From: an uncultured Candidatus Saccharibacteria bacterium
Lineage (GTDB): Bacteria; Patescibacteriota; Minisyncoccia; UBA6257; 2-01-FULL-56-20
Assembly: GCA_964363455.1 (NCBI GenBank)
Contig: CAYIIM010000003.1
Location: 1-34,729, forward strand
Length of the DNA stretch: 34,729 nt
Direction of reading: 5' to 3'
The position numbers were made by a program, and so were the translations under genes. This document shows, one piece after another, positions 1 through 7,231 of the stretch. The first letter of the stretch is position 1; each line of letters starts with the position of its first letter. Below the pieces are notes generated by a model. That model made no database searches and was not told the origin of the DNA. It saw nothing but the letters and a program-made list of their open reading frames with translations.

Positions 1-890
1 TCTTGGTTTATGTCGCTTACGCCGTGGATGGTTAAAGTAGTGGTGCCAATACCTTCGATTTTGACGCCAAATTTTTCCAAAAAGAAACAAAGATCCTGAA
101 CTTGGTAGTTGGCGGAGGCGAATTTGATTATGGTTTTGCCGGGAATTTTGGCGGCGGCCATTAAAACGTTTTCAGTGACGGTGTCGCCGGATTCGTAGAG
201 GACAATTTCGGCGGGTCTTAACTTTTTGACACTCACTTCGTAATCGGTTTTGGTAGTTTTGATTTTGACGCCAAGTTTTTCAAGGGCGTATAAATGTGGG
301 CGAACGGTGCGTTGGCCTAAATGGCAACCGCCGGCGTGGGGGAGAGTAAATTTTGGGAAAAAATGAACGAGGGGTCCGAGGAGCATTAGAACACTACGGG
401 TTTTGGTAGCAGAGCCGGCGTTGATTTTCGATAAATCAATTTCTTTCGGAGGTGTAATTTCGAGATCACTTTTGTCCCATTTAAGTGAACAGCCGAGACT
501 TTCCAGAACTTCGACGATGCGGTGAACTTCTTCGATTTTTGGCATTCCTTTTAAAGTAGTTTTGCCCTTGTTTAAAAGCGAAGCGCAAAGGAGAGCGACG
601 GCGGAGTTTTTGGAAGTGTTGGTACTAATCGTGCCGGAAAGTTTGTGGCCACCTTCGATTTGGAAGTTAACGGCGCCCGTGCCCAGAGTGATGATTTCGT
701 GATTTAAGACCTCGCTGATTTTGAAGAGCATTTCGGTGGAAAAATTTTGAAGACCTTTTTCCATTCGAGCGACGGCGCTTTGCGAAGTGTTTAAAGCTTT
801 GGCTAGGTCAGCCTGGGTGAGGCCGGCCTGTTCGCGGAGTTCGACGATAAATTGGCTGATTCGTTTTACGTAAGTTGGGTTTTGGGGCAT
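1..890 (-). CDS. murA: UDP-N-acetylglucosamine 1-carboxyvinyltransferase with N-terminal XRE-type HTH; runs off the window's left edge
   Basis: Not in the ORF track. Manual translation from CAT at 888-890 gives MPQNPTYVKRISQFIVELREQAGLTQADLAKALNTSQSAVARMEKG (HTH), then NFQIEGGHKLSGTISTNTSKNSAVALLCASLL and PHAGGCHLGQRTVRPHLYALE (MurA KN motif and active-site Cys loop). Confidence 0.92.
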   Translation of the reverse strand, partial: MPQNPTYVKRISQFIVELREQAGLTQADLAKALNTSQSAVARMEKGLQNFSTEMLFKISEVLNHEIITLGTGAVNFQIEGGHKLSGTISTNTSKNSAVALLCASLLNKGKTTLKGMPKIEEVHRIVEVLESLGCSLKWDKSDLEITPPKEIDLSKINAGSATKTRSVLMLLGPLVHFFPKFTLPHAGGCHLGQRTVRPHLYALEKLGVKIKTTKTDYEVSVKKLRPAEIVLYESGDTVTENVLMAAAKIPGKTIIKFASANYQVQDLCFFLEKFGVKIEGIGTTTLTIHGVSDINQ

Positions 891-896
891 GGGGAG

Positions 897-925
897 ATTA
901 TATCATATATGAGATGAGTTTTCAA
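897..925 (-). promoter_or_regulatory. sigma70-type promoter of murA, probably leaderless
   Basis: Minus strand: TTGAAA (925-920), 17 nt, TATAAT (902-897) with extended TG, then 6 nt to the ATG. Confidence 0.7.
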
Positions 926-958
926 CATGAAACATGGAACTTGAAACGTGGAGCATAA
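924..958. repeat. period-7 degenerate tandem repeat
   Basis: AACATGA AACATGG AACTTGA AACGTGG AGCATAA. Confidence 0.7.
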
Positions 959-989
959 TAGAAGGAAGGGTTGAGGAGTTGGAGAGGGT

Positions 990-1018
990 TTGACTGGGGG
1001 ATGGCTTAAGTTTAAACT
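990..1018 (+). promoter_or_regulatory. putative promoter of mreB
   Basis: TTGACT (990-995), 17 nt, TAAACT (1013-1018), 14 nt before the ATG. Confidence 0.5.
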
Positions 1019-1032
1019 GGATTTACTAATAA

Positions 1033-2046
1033 ATGGCGACTTTTACAAGGAAAATTGGGATTGATTTGGGAACGGCTAATACCATTGTTTTTGTGCCGGG
1101 CCGGGGATTTATTGTGAATGAACCGACAATTGTGGCTTTAACGAAGCCGGATAATGGGGTTTTGGCAGTAGGAATTGAGGCCAAGGAAATGATTGGACGG
1201 ACACCCGAGGAGATTGTGGCTTATAGGCCGCTCAAGGACGGCGTGATCGCGGACTATCACATTACGCGGGCGATGCTGAAGTACTTCATTTCGAAAGCGG
1301 TGAATTGGTACGACATCGTAAAGCCCGACGTGGTGATTTCAGTGCCGGCAGGAATTACGCAGACGGAACGGCGGGCGGTAGTGAATGCTGGACGTGAAGC
1401 GGGAGCGAATAATGTTTACATCGTTAAAGAACCAGTTTTGGCGGCGCTTGGGGCGGGGATTCCGATTAATGCGCGATCGGGTAGCATGATTATTAATATG
1501 GGCGGAGGGACTTCGGAAGTGGCGGTGATTGCGCTTGGTGGAATTGTTTCGTGGGAGAGTTTGCGAGTGGCGGGAAATAAATTTGACCAGGCGATTTCGG
1601 ATTATGTGAAAAAGAAATATGGTCTCGCAATTGGCGAGCAGACAGCGGAAAATGTGAAGATAAAAATTGGAGCGGCGTTGCCGACTAAAGATAAGATGGA
1701 ATACGAAGTTCGTGGGCGGGATTTAGATTCTGGTTTGCCCAGAGACATTGTGATTTCATCCAACGAGATCGCGGAGGCGCTCAATACGCATTTAATGCAG
1801 GTGGCGAAAGCGGTTCAGAAAGTTTTTAACGAAACCCCGCCGGAGCTGGTGGCGGACGTGATGGAGAAAGGAATTATTCTTTCGGGGGGTAGTTCCCAGC
1901 TTCATTATTTGCCACAATTTTTCGAAAGGTTTTTAGGGGTGCAGGCATATTTGGCGGAAGATCCATTTTTTTGCGTGGCGAAAGGAACCGGTTTAATTTT
2001 GAATCACTTGGATACGTACAAGAGGACGTTGCTTAATAAGCGTTAG
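1033..2046 (+). CDS. mreB: rod shape-determining actin-like protein MreB
   Basis: IGIDLGTANT, RPLKDGVIAD, EPVLAALGAG, GGGTSEVAVI and GIILSGG motifs; 337 aa. Confidence 0.96.
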   Translation: MATFTRKIGIDLGTANTIVFVPGRGFIVNEPTIVALTKPDNGVLAVGIEAKEMIGRTPEEIVAYRPLKDGVIADYHITRAMLKYFISKAVNWYDIVKPDVVISVPAGITQTERRAVVNAGREAGANNVYIVKEPVLAALGAGIPINARSGSMIINMGGGTSEVAVIALGGIVSWESLRVAGNKFDQAISDYVKKKYGLAIGEQTAENVKIKIGAALPTKDKMEYEVRGRDLDSGLPRDIVISSNEIAEALNTHLMQVAKAVQKVFNETPPELVADVMEKGIILSGGSSQLHYLPQFFERFLGVQAYLAEDPFFCVAKGTGLILNHLDTYKRTLLNKR

Positions 2047-2092
2047 AATGTTTGAGTGCGCGAGTGAGGCGAATGTTAGAATGCGGGAGTGT
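2042..2092 (+). repeat. approximately period-8 degenerate repeat overlapping the mreB stop
   Basis: GTTAGAAT GTTTGAGT GCGCGAGT GAGGCGAAT GTTAGAAT GCGGGAGT. Confidence 0.55.
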
Positions 2093-2164
2093 GGTTGCGA
2101 AATTTAAAGTGAAAATCTCAAAGTGGAAAATGACAATGCAAAATGTAAAATTTCTTGAGATTCT

Positions 2165-3070
2165 ATGACAGAAAGCTTTGACAAAATTGAGGGGAGTGGT
2201 GAGCAAAAAAGTTCAGAGGGAAATCCGGCGGAGCAGGAGCTTCGTTGGACTTTGGAACAGTTGCTCGAAGAAAGAGAACGACTCGTTCGATTTGTGAGGG
2301 TCGTAGAGGAAGAAGTAGAGAAAAGCGGTTCAATCGACTTTTTGCGACCTGGTTTTCTAGGACAGTTGAATGAGGCGACGAAAACAGCGTTAGATCAATT
2401 TTCGACTTCGCCTAACCGTTTAAATCATCTAGAAGAAAACAACCGCTATCTAGAAGGAAGTCGGATCCTTGGAAATAAAGACGCAGGGGATAAATTTGTA
2501 AAAAAACTTAAAGAGGTGGGGCCGAGTTCGCCAAGCGATGTTGCAGATAGTGGTATGTTATTTGGTACAACTGATTATACACGAGAGATTGCAGCTAGAG
2601 ACTGCTTTAATTATTTAAAAAGTTTAGGAGTCTTACAGGACGGAGATAAAAGTGTTTTTTTAGGTGCTTTCCCGTTGTTCACTACAAACCCTGAAGGCGC
2701 AAAGGGTCTTATGTACGATCACCTGACATTATCGAGAAAGTCGGCAGTTGAGTGGCTTGGGAATAATAGAGACCTAAAAGCAATTGACGAGGGAATTAAG
2801 GATCGCGCTTACCTTTATGATTCAATATATTATGCTTGGCGAGGGGGTGAGTCTAAGCCTTTAGAAAAACTTGATAATCCGCGTCTAGAGCCAATGATTA
2901 GAGATGGAAAACTTACATTCGACGATGTACTACGGACTAGTCGTGATTATGCGAATCCTAATGGGAAAGAAGTTATTATTGATGAACTTGGACACCAATT
3001 TCCTTATTTATTGTCGCGACTTAGTAAGGGATTGAGATTAGGCGAGTTTGAGGAATTTAATAAAAAATGA
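2165..3070 (+). CDS. hypothetical soluble protein (301 aa)
   Basis: Long ORF with charged N-terminus; ATGA overlap with the holB start; no motif recognised. Confidence 0.75.
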   Translation: MTESFDKIEGSGEQKSSEGNPAEQELRWTLEQLLEERERLVRFVRVVEEEVEKSGSIDFLRPGFLGQLNEATKTALDQFSTSPNRLNHLEENNRYLEGSRILGNKDAGDKFVKKLKEVGPSSPSDVADSGMLFGTTDYTREIAARDCFNYLKSLGVLQDGDKSVFLGAFPLFTTNPEGAKGLMYDHLTLSRKSAVEWLGNNRDLKAIDEGIKDRAYLYDSIYYAWRGGESKPLEKLDNPRLEPMIRDGKLTFDDVLRTSRDYANPNGKEVIIDELGHQFPYLLSRLSKGLRLGEFEEFNKK

Positions 3071-3849
3071 TTGGTCATAAGTTATTGGTTAAAAATTTCA
3101 AAAGTTTATTAGACCGAGGGCGGCTGGGGCATGCGTATTTGTTTTTTGGCGCGAATCGGACGGGGGCGAAAAATTTTGCGTTAGCGCTTTCGAGTTTTGT
3201 GGAAACTGGGAATTTTGAGTCCGAATCAGACCCCATTAGAGCCAAAGAAACGCTGCGAGCCCTCGCGACCTCTAACGGGGCAGGTCGGAAAATTTTAAAC
3301 GATAGACTTTTGGTTGAGCCGAACGAGAAAAAGACGATTGGGATTGATGAGGCGCGGAGGATTAAAAGTTTCTTGTTTATGAAACCAAATGCGGGTTTGA
3401 GGAGGGTGGTGATTGTTGATCGGGCAGAGTTTTTGACGACAGAGGCTCAAAATGCGCTTCTAAAGATTACGGAGGAGCCGCCCGAGTCGGCGCTTTTGAT
3501 TTTGATAACACGGGAACCGGAGTTGCTCCGAGAGACGTTGGTGTCGAGGTTTAATAAGATTTTTTTTGCGGGAGTGGAGAGTTTAGGTGAGTCGATACAG
3601 TATTTAGAAGAGGGAAAAAAGTTTTTAGCGCTCAAACCGGGCGAGAGGAAGGATTTTATAAAAAATTTACTAGAGCCAGACGATTTTGAAATTTTAAACT
3701 TTTTGGATGCGGTTATTCTGGCGCTCGCAAGCAGAGAGAAAATTGATTATACTTTGTGGCATAAAGTTTTGAAGTTGCGAGAAAATTTTGCGAATTTTCC
3801 GCTGAATCCGAAGTTGCAACTGACTAGTTTGTTAGCCACTAGCCAATAG
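3067..3849 (+). CDS. holB: DNA polymerase III delta-prime subunit (clamp loader)
   Basis: MIGH start, GRLGHAYLFFG, IGIDEAR, RVVIVDRAEFLTTEAQNALLKITEEPP, LVSR. Confidence 0.88.
   Translation: MIGHKLLVKNFKSLLDRGRLGHAYLFFGANRTGAKNFALALSSFVETGNFESESDPIRAKETLRALATSNGAGRKILNDRLLVEPNEKKTIGIDEARRIKSFLFMKPNAGLRRVVIVDRAEFLTTEAQNALLKITEEPPESALLILITREPELLRETLVSRFNKIFFAGVESLGESIQYLEEGKKFLALKPGERKDFIKNLLEPDDFEILNFLDAVILALASREKIDYTLWHKVLKLRENFANFPLNPKLQLTSLLATSQ
3230..3281. repeat. palindromic element inserted in-frame in holB
   Basis: CCCCATTAGAG...CTCTAACGGGG terminal inverted repeats (1 mismatch) with inner GCGAG-CC-CTCGC; encodes DPIRAKETLRALATSNG. Confidence 0.7.
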
Positions 3850-3860
3850 GGTCTAGGGTA
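3833..3860 (+). repeat. TAG-led heptamer array containing the holB stop
   Basis: TAGCCAC TAGCCAA TAGGGTC TAGGGTA. Confidence 0.85.
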
Positions 3861-3867
3861 TTTTCGT

Positions 3868-3896
3868 TTGACTGCTTAATTAGGATATGTTATAAG
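3868..3896 (+). promoter_or_regulatory. putative promoter of the orphan membrane protein gene
   Basis: TTGACT, 17 nt ending TGT, TATAAG; GGGAGG precedes the start codon. Confidence 0.55.
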
Positions 3897-3932
3897 GTTT
3901 TTAGCGTTTATAAACTGAAAACACGGGAGGTT

Positions 3933-4271
3933 GTGATGAAGAAGGGCCCAGCTTTGTGGTTGTGGCTTCCGGTTTGTGCAATTTCGGCTCGGTCGCTTTT
4001 TGTTTTCTTTGCTGATCTCAAGAGGTGGTCTTTGCCTCATCTAGCGTCTTTTGCCCTCGCTTTGGTGCTTTCCTACGCATTTCGCAGATCAAAGTTATTG
4101 TTGATAAGCGCGGAATGTTTCTTAGCTGTTTACCTCTTTTGGCGCTGCTATCAGAGTCCGGAGGGTTTTTCGGCAGTTGCTTTTTGTGTTGGAGGATTAC
4201 TTATTCTATCCTACAACATACTGGAAATCCGCAAACTTCCAAGGAGTTGGCAAACACCGCTTTGGGGGTAG
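3933..4271 (+). CDS. small hypothetical membrane protein (about 4 hydrophobic segments)
   Basis: 112 aa hydrophobic ORF with promoter, SD-like GGGAGG and a downstream terminator. Confidence 0.6.
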   Translation: MMKKGPALWLWLPVCAISARSLFVFFADLKRWSLPHLASFALALVLSYAFRRSKLLLISAECFLAVYLFWRCYQSPEGFSAVAFCVGGLLILSYNILEIRKLPRSWQTPLWG

Positions 4272-4295
4272 TAAGGCAAGTGTTCAAGCAAATTT

Positions 4296-4325
4296 AGGCT
4301 GTGACCGCGTTCACGGCCTTTTTGT
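4296..4325 (+). terminator. intrinsic terminator
   Basis: AGGCTGTGA-CCGCGT-TCACGGCCT followed by TTTTGT. Confidence 0.65.
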
Positions 4326-4361
4326 TTGAAAAAACCCAATTTTCGTTTATATTTATAACCT

Positions 4362-4922
4362 ATGTTAGAAACAGAAAAATTAATAAAAGAGTTTGAAAGT
4401 GACCTGAAGGCTACGGTGCAGATGCTTGATGGCGAGCTTAAAATGATTCGGAGTAATCGACCGTCGGTGGAGTTGTTGGAGGGTATTAAGGTCAATCTTT
4501 ATGAGCAGTGGATGACGATTCGGGAACTCGGATCAATCAGTTTGCAACCACCACGAGATGTTTTGATTACGGTGTGGGATAAGAATGCGGCGGGGGCGGT
4601 GGCCAAAGCGATTGAGGATGCGAAAATTGGACTTTCGGTTTCGAATGACGGCAATGTGATTAGGGCAAGCTTGCCAGTTTTGACAGACGAACGTAAAGCG
4701 GAGCTTGGTAAGTTGGTGAAGAAAAATGTGGAGGAGGTGAGAATTCAGGTGAGGAATAAGCGGGATGAAGTCATGAAGAAGGTGAAGGCGGCGAAGGATG
4801 CGAAGGAAGTGAATGAAGATCAGGAATTTAAGGCAAAAGAGAAATTACAAAAAATAGTGGAGAGCGCGAATGAGCAGATTGAGAAATTATTAGATAGCAA
4901 GTTAAAAGAGATTTTGGAGTAG
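4362..4922 (+). CDS. frr: ribosome recycling factor
   Basis: IRSNRPSVELLEGIKV, LPVLTDERKAEL, RIQVRNKRDE, KLKEI; 186 aa. Confidence 0.95.
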   Translation: MLETEKLIKEFESDLKATVQMLDGELKMIRSNRPSVELLEGIKVNLYEQWMTIRELGSISLQPPRDVLITVWDKNAAGAVAKAIEDAKIGLSVSNDGNVIRASLPVLTDERKAELGKLVKKNVEEVRIQVRNKRDEVMKKVKAAKDAKEVNEDQEFKAKEKLQKIVESANEQIEKLLDSKLKEILE

Positions 4923-4938
4923 GTTTTTTGTGTGCTTC

Positions 4939-5034
4939 TGTTTTTGTTTTGAGAACCCGCATAATTTTTTGCTGAAAATTTGCCTGCATCTCGACCGCCT
5001 ACGCGGTCTCCGATAGCTTCTCAAAATAAAAACA
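4939..5034. repeat. MITE/REP-like inverted-repeat element
   Basis: TGTTTTTGTTTTGAGAA...TTCTCAAAATAAAAACA (17 bp inverted repeat, 1 mismatch) with inner GACCGC-CTAC-GCGGTC hairpin. Confidence 0.6.
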
Positions 5035-5103
5035 TTTGCGCAGAATGATTTTAAATTTACTTAACCTTCACAATATATAAGTGGGAGGTGGGGGAAATAA
5101 AGG

Positions 5104-5141
5104 TAAACATTCCAACATTCTGCAGAATGTTGGAATGTTTA
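5104..5141. repeat. 38-bp perfect palindrome
   Basis: TAAACATTCCAACATTCTG|CAGAATGTTGGAATGTTTA. Confidence 0.9.
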
Positions 5142-5214
5142 TTATTCTTATTTGACGGGTTTTGGGTTTTGCGATAGGTTGGTTGTAGAAACGGAATTGA
5201 AAACAATTTAACGT

Positions 5215-5520
5215 GTGAGGTGGGTGATGAAGTTTGGAATCCCAGAGGAGCCGAGATCGGAGAAGGTGGTGATGGTGGTTGAAGAAAATTTTGCTGGAGG
5301 CTTGCGTTTGACCCGCGGATTGGATAGCAAGGTTTTTTTTGAGGATGGTGGCAGTGGCGACGAATTAGTTGCTTTTTTTCTCGGATTTCGGAAGGCTTGC
5401 CCCCATCTCGTCGATTTGAGATTTGGTAGTTGCTTTGCCTCTCGGCGCGGTTTTGCGGAGGGTGAGAAATTGGCGCTCCGGCTTTTCCCAAAAACACCAA
5501 CAGAACAAGCCTCAATTTAA
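5215..5520 (+). CDS. small hypothetical protein
   Basis: 101 aa ORF preceded by TTGACG-17-TAGGTT; start uncertain. Confidence 0.4.
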   Translation: MRWVMKFGIPEEPRSEKVVMVVEENFAGGLRLTRGLDSKVFFEDGGSGDELVAFFLGFRKACPHLVDLRFGSCFASRRGFAEGEKLALRLFPKTPTEQASI

Positions 5521-5530
5521 CGGGGTTTTG

Positions 5531-5595
5531 CCGGGTAGTGAAATTAGACTGGTCGCGGAGCGACTAAATCCAAAAGTCTAATTTTTACTGCCCGG
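5531..5595. repeat. inverted-repeat element
   Basis: CCGGGTAGTGAAATTAGACT...AGTCTAATTTTTACTGCCCGG with inner GTCGC-GGA-GCGAC hairpin. Confidence 0.7.
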
Positions 5596-5615
5596 TTTAT
5601 CATTTTTTGGTGTAG

Positions 5616-5645
5616 TATTCTCTAATTCGCGCGAATTAGAGAATA
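5616..5645. repeat. 30-bp perfect palindrome
   Basis: TATTCTCTAATTCGC|GCGAATTAGAGAATA. Confidence 0.9.
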
Positions 5646-5725
5646 GGTGTTGGTTGGGTTGATGATGTTTGGGTTTTGATTTTGTTTGTATATTTGTATA
5701 TAATTTTGTATTCTGTAGCTAAGTT

Positions 5726-6826
5726 ATGACGATTTTGATTGTAGTAATTGGTTTATCTTTATTGATTTTGGGCCACGAATGGGGTCATTTTTTTGCGGCG
5801 AAAAAGTTTGGACTCAAAGTGGATGAGTTTGGTTTTGGTTTTCCGCCAAGAATTTTTGCGTGGAGACCGAAATCAAAATTGAAGAAAAAAGGCGACCCTG
5901 CCTCCGCTTTGGCTACTGCGTGGCAAAGTGAGACGGAGTATAGTTTCAACTGGTTGCCGTTTGGAGGGTTTGTGAAAATCGCGGGAGAAAATGATCGAAT
6001 GACGGGGGATATGGATAAGTTAAATAACTTGACGGCGCCAGAGAAAAAACGAATTTTTTTGTTTCAGCCGGCTTGGAAGCGAAGTGTGATTATTTTGGCG
6101 GGAATTTTTATTAACTTTGTGATTGGATGGGTTTTGTTTTCGGCGGTGGCGATGGTTGGCACGCCGGCAACGATGATAATTTCGAGCGTTCAGGAAAATT
6201 CTCCCGCCGAGTTGGCTGGGATTAAGCCGGGGGATTTAGTTAAAGATTACAAAAATGCGGATGAGTTTATTTCTTTCGTAAATCAAAATCGGGGAAAGGA
6301 AGTTAGTTTTGCGGTTTTGCGGGGATCGGAAGAGGTGACGATAAAAGCGACGCCGCGGGCGAAGATTATTGAAGGAGAAGGCGGTTTGGGAGTGGGTTTG
6401 GATTCGGGTCAAGAAAAGACGAGTTTTTTTAAGGCTTTGGGGGCGGGTTTTAAGCAAACAGTTTTCGTGACTAAGGGAACGTTTGCCGGTTTTTATATGA
6501 TGATTAAGGGATTGGTGACTTCCGGAAAAGTGCCGGAGGATATTGCGGGGCCGGTAGGGATTTTTTCAGTGGCAAACGATATCGGGAAGATCGGCTATAT
6601 TTATTTAGTGAATTTGATTGCTTTGATTTCGGTCAATTTGGCGGTTTTGAATTTGATTCCATTTCCGGCGCTCGATGGCGGGCGGTTTGTGATGATTTTG
6701 GCGGAAAAAATTCGCGGAAAGGCGGTGCCGGTGAAAGTTGAAGGTTGGATTAATGGAGTGGGGTTTGCGTTGCTTCTGCTTTTGATGGTAGTGATTACCG
6801 CGAGAGACGTGGTGAGGCTTTTCTGA
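5726..6826 (+). CDS. rseP: M50 family site-2 intramembrane metalloprotease with PDZ domain
   Basis: HEWGH, EFGFGFPP, LPFGGFVKI, SPAELAGIKPGD (PDZ), NLIPFPALDGG. Confidence 0.95.
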   Translation: MTILIVVIGLSLLILGHEWGHFFAAKKFGLKVDEFGFGFPPRIFAWRPKSKLKKKGDPASALATAWQSETEYSFNWLPFGGFVKIAGENDRMTGDMDKLNNLTAPEKKRIFLFQPAWKRSVIILAGIFINFVIGWVLFSAVAMVGTPATMIISSVQENSPAELAGIKPGDLVKDYKNADEFISFVNQNRGKEVSFAVLRGSEEVTIKATPRAKIIEGEGGLGVGLDSGQEKTSFFKALGAGFKQTVFVTKGTFAGFYMMIKGLVTSGKVPEDIAGPVGIFSVANDIGKIGYIYLVNLIALISVNLAVLNLIPFPALDGGRFVMILAEKIRGKAVPVKVEGWINGVGFALLLLLMVVITARDVVRLF

Positions 6827-6827
6827 T

Positions 6828-6862
6828 TAGGTTTTAGCCACTAGCCAATAGGGTTTAGGCAA
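6828..6862 (+). repeat. TAG-led heptamer array after rseP
   Basis: TAGGTTT TAGCCAC TAGCCAA TAGGGTT TAGGCAA. Confidence 0.85.
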
Positions 6863-6890
6863 GAATAAATAATGAGAATGCTTTGATGCG

Positions 6891-6919
6891 TTGATTTATT
6901 GCGGTTATATTGATATTAT
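6891..6919 (+). promoter_or_regulatory. putative promoter of the tRNA locus
   Basis: TTGATT, 17 nt ending TGA, TATTAT, about 20 nt before the outer tRNA 5' end. Confidence 0.55.
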
Positions 6920-6939
6920 TTGGGAACTAAAAGTTGTAT

Positions 6940-7174
6940 TGCCGGGTCGCCTGCCTGCGCAGGCAGGTCTAATGGTATGGAGTACCATACTGGCGGCACT
7001 CGCTCGGAAATATGTTTTGCTGGGGGATCGTCTAAAGGTAGGACAGCGGCCTTTGAAGCCGTGAATCGGGGTTCGATTCCCTGTCCCCCAGCAAAACATA
7101 TTTCGCTCGCTCATTTGCTAGTAGGACAGCGGCCTTTGAAGCCGTGAATCTTGGTTTGATTCCAGGCCCGGCAG
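6940..7174 (+). pseudogene. outer, interrupted tRNA-Gln(TTG) in three pieces (6940-6949, 6968-6976, 7123-7174)
   Basis: Joined pieces give TGCCGGG TC GTCT AATGGT AGGAC A GCGGC CTTTGAA GCCGT GAAT CTTGG TTTGATT CCAGG CCCGGCA G, a full cloverleaf with paired acceptor stem; the T-loop reads TTT rather than TTC. Confidence 0.8.
7021..7091 (+). tRNA. tRNA-Gln (anticodon TTG), CCA not encoded
   Basis: TGGGGGA/TCCCCCA acceptor stem, GTCT/GGAC D-stem, GCGGC-CTTTGAA-GCCGT anticodon arm, CGGGG-TTCGATT-CCCTG T-arm. Confidence 0.95.
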
Positions 7175-7197
7175 CATTTTGAGTTTTTTAAAAGATT

Positions 7198-7226
7198 GCG
7201 CCCGTTTGGTTTGTCCAAACGGGCGC
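7198..7226. terminator. hairpin between convergent tRNA and orphan gene; likely terminator
   Basis: GCGCCCGTTTGG-TTTGT-CCAAACGGGCGC, 12-bp perfect stem, 5 nt from the minus-strand stop. Confidence 0.7.
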
Positions 7227-7231
7227 TGTGG

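Noticed and set aside
5057-5515. 152 aa minus-strand ORF
   Set aside because: It runs through the 38-bp palindrome, has a non-ATG start and low-complexity composition, and overlaps the better-supported + strand ORF.
6905-7147. Short ORFs of 69 and 75 aa over the tRNA locus
   Set aside because: They overlap tRNA sequence and have no coding features.
7038-7150. 30-bp direct repeat as attL/attR of an integrated element, or as a mini CRISPR
   Set aside because: The copies are only 53 nt apart, both belong to tRNA bodies, and no integrase or cas gene is present; the nested tRNA explains them.
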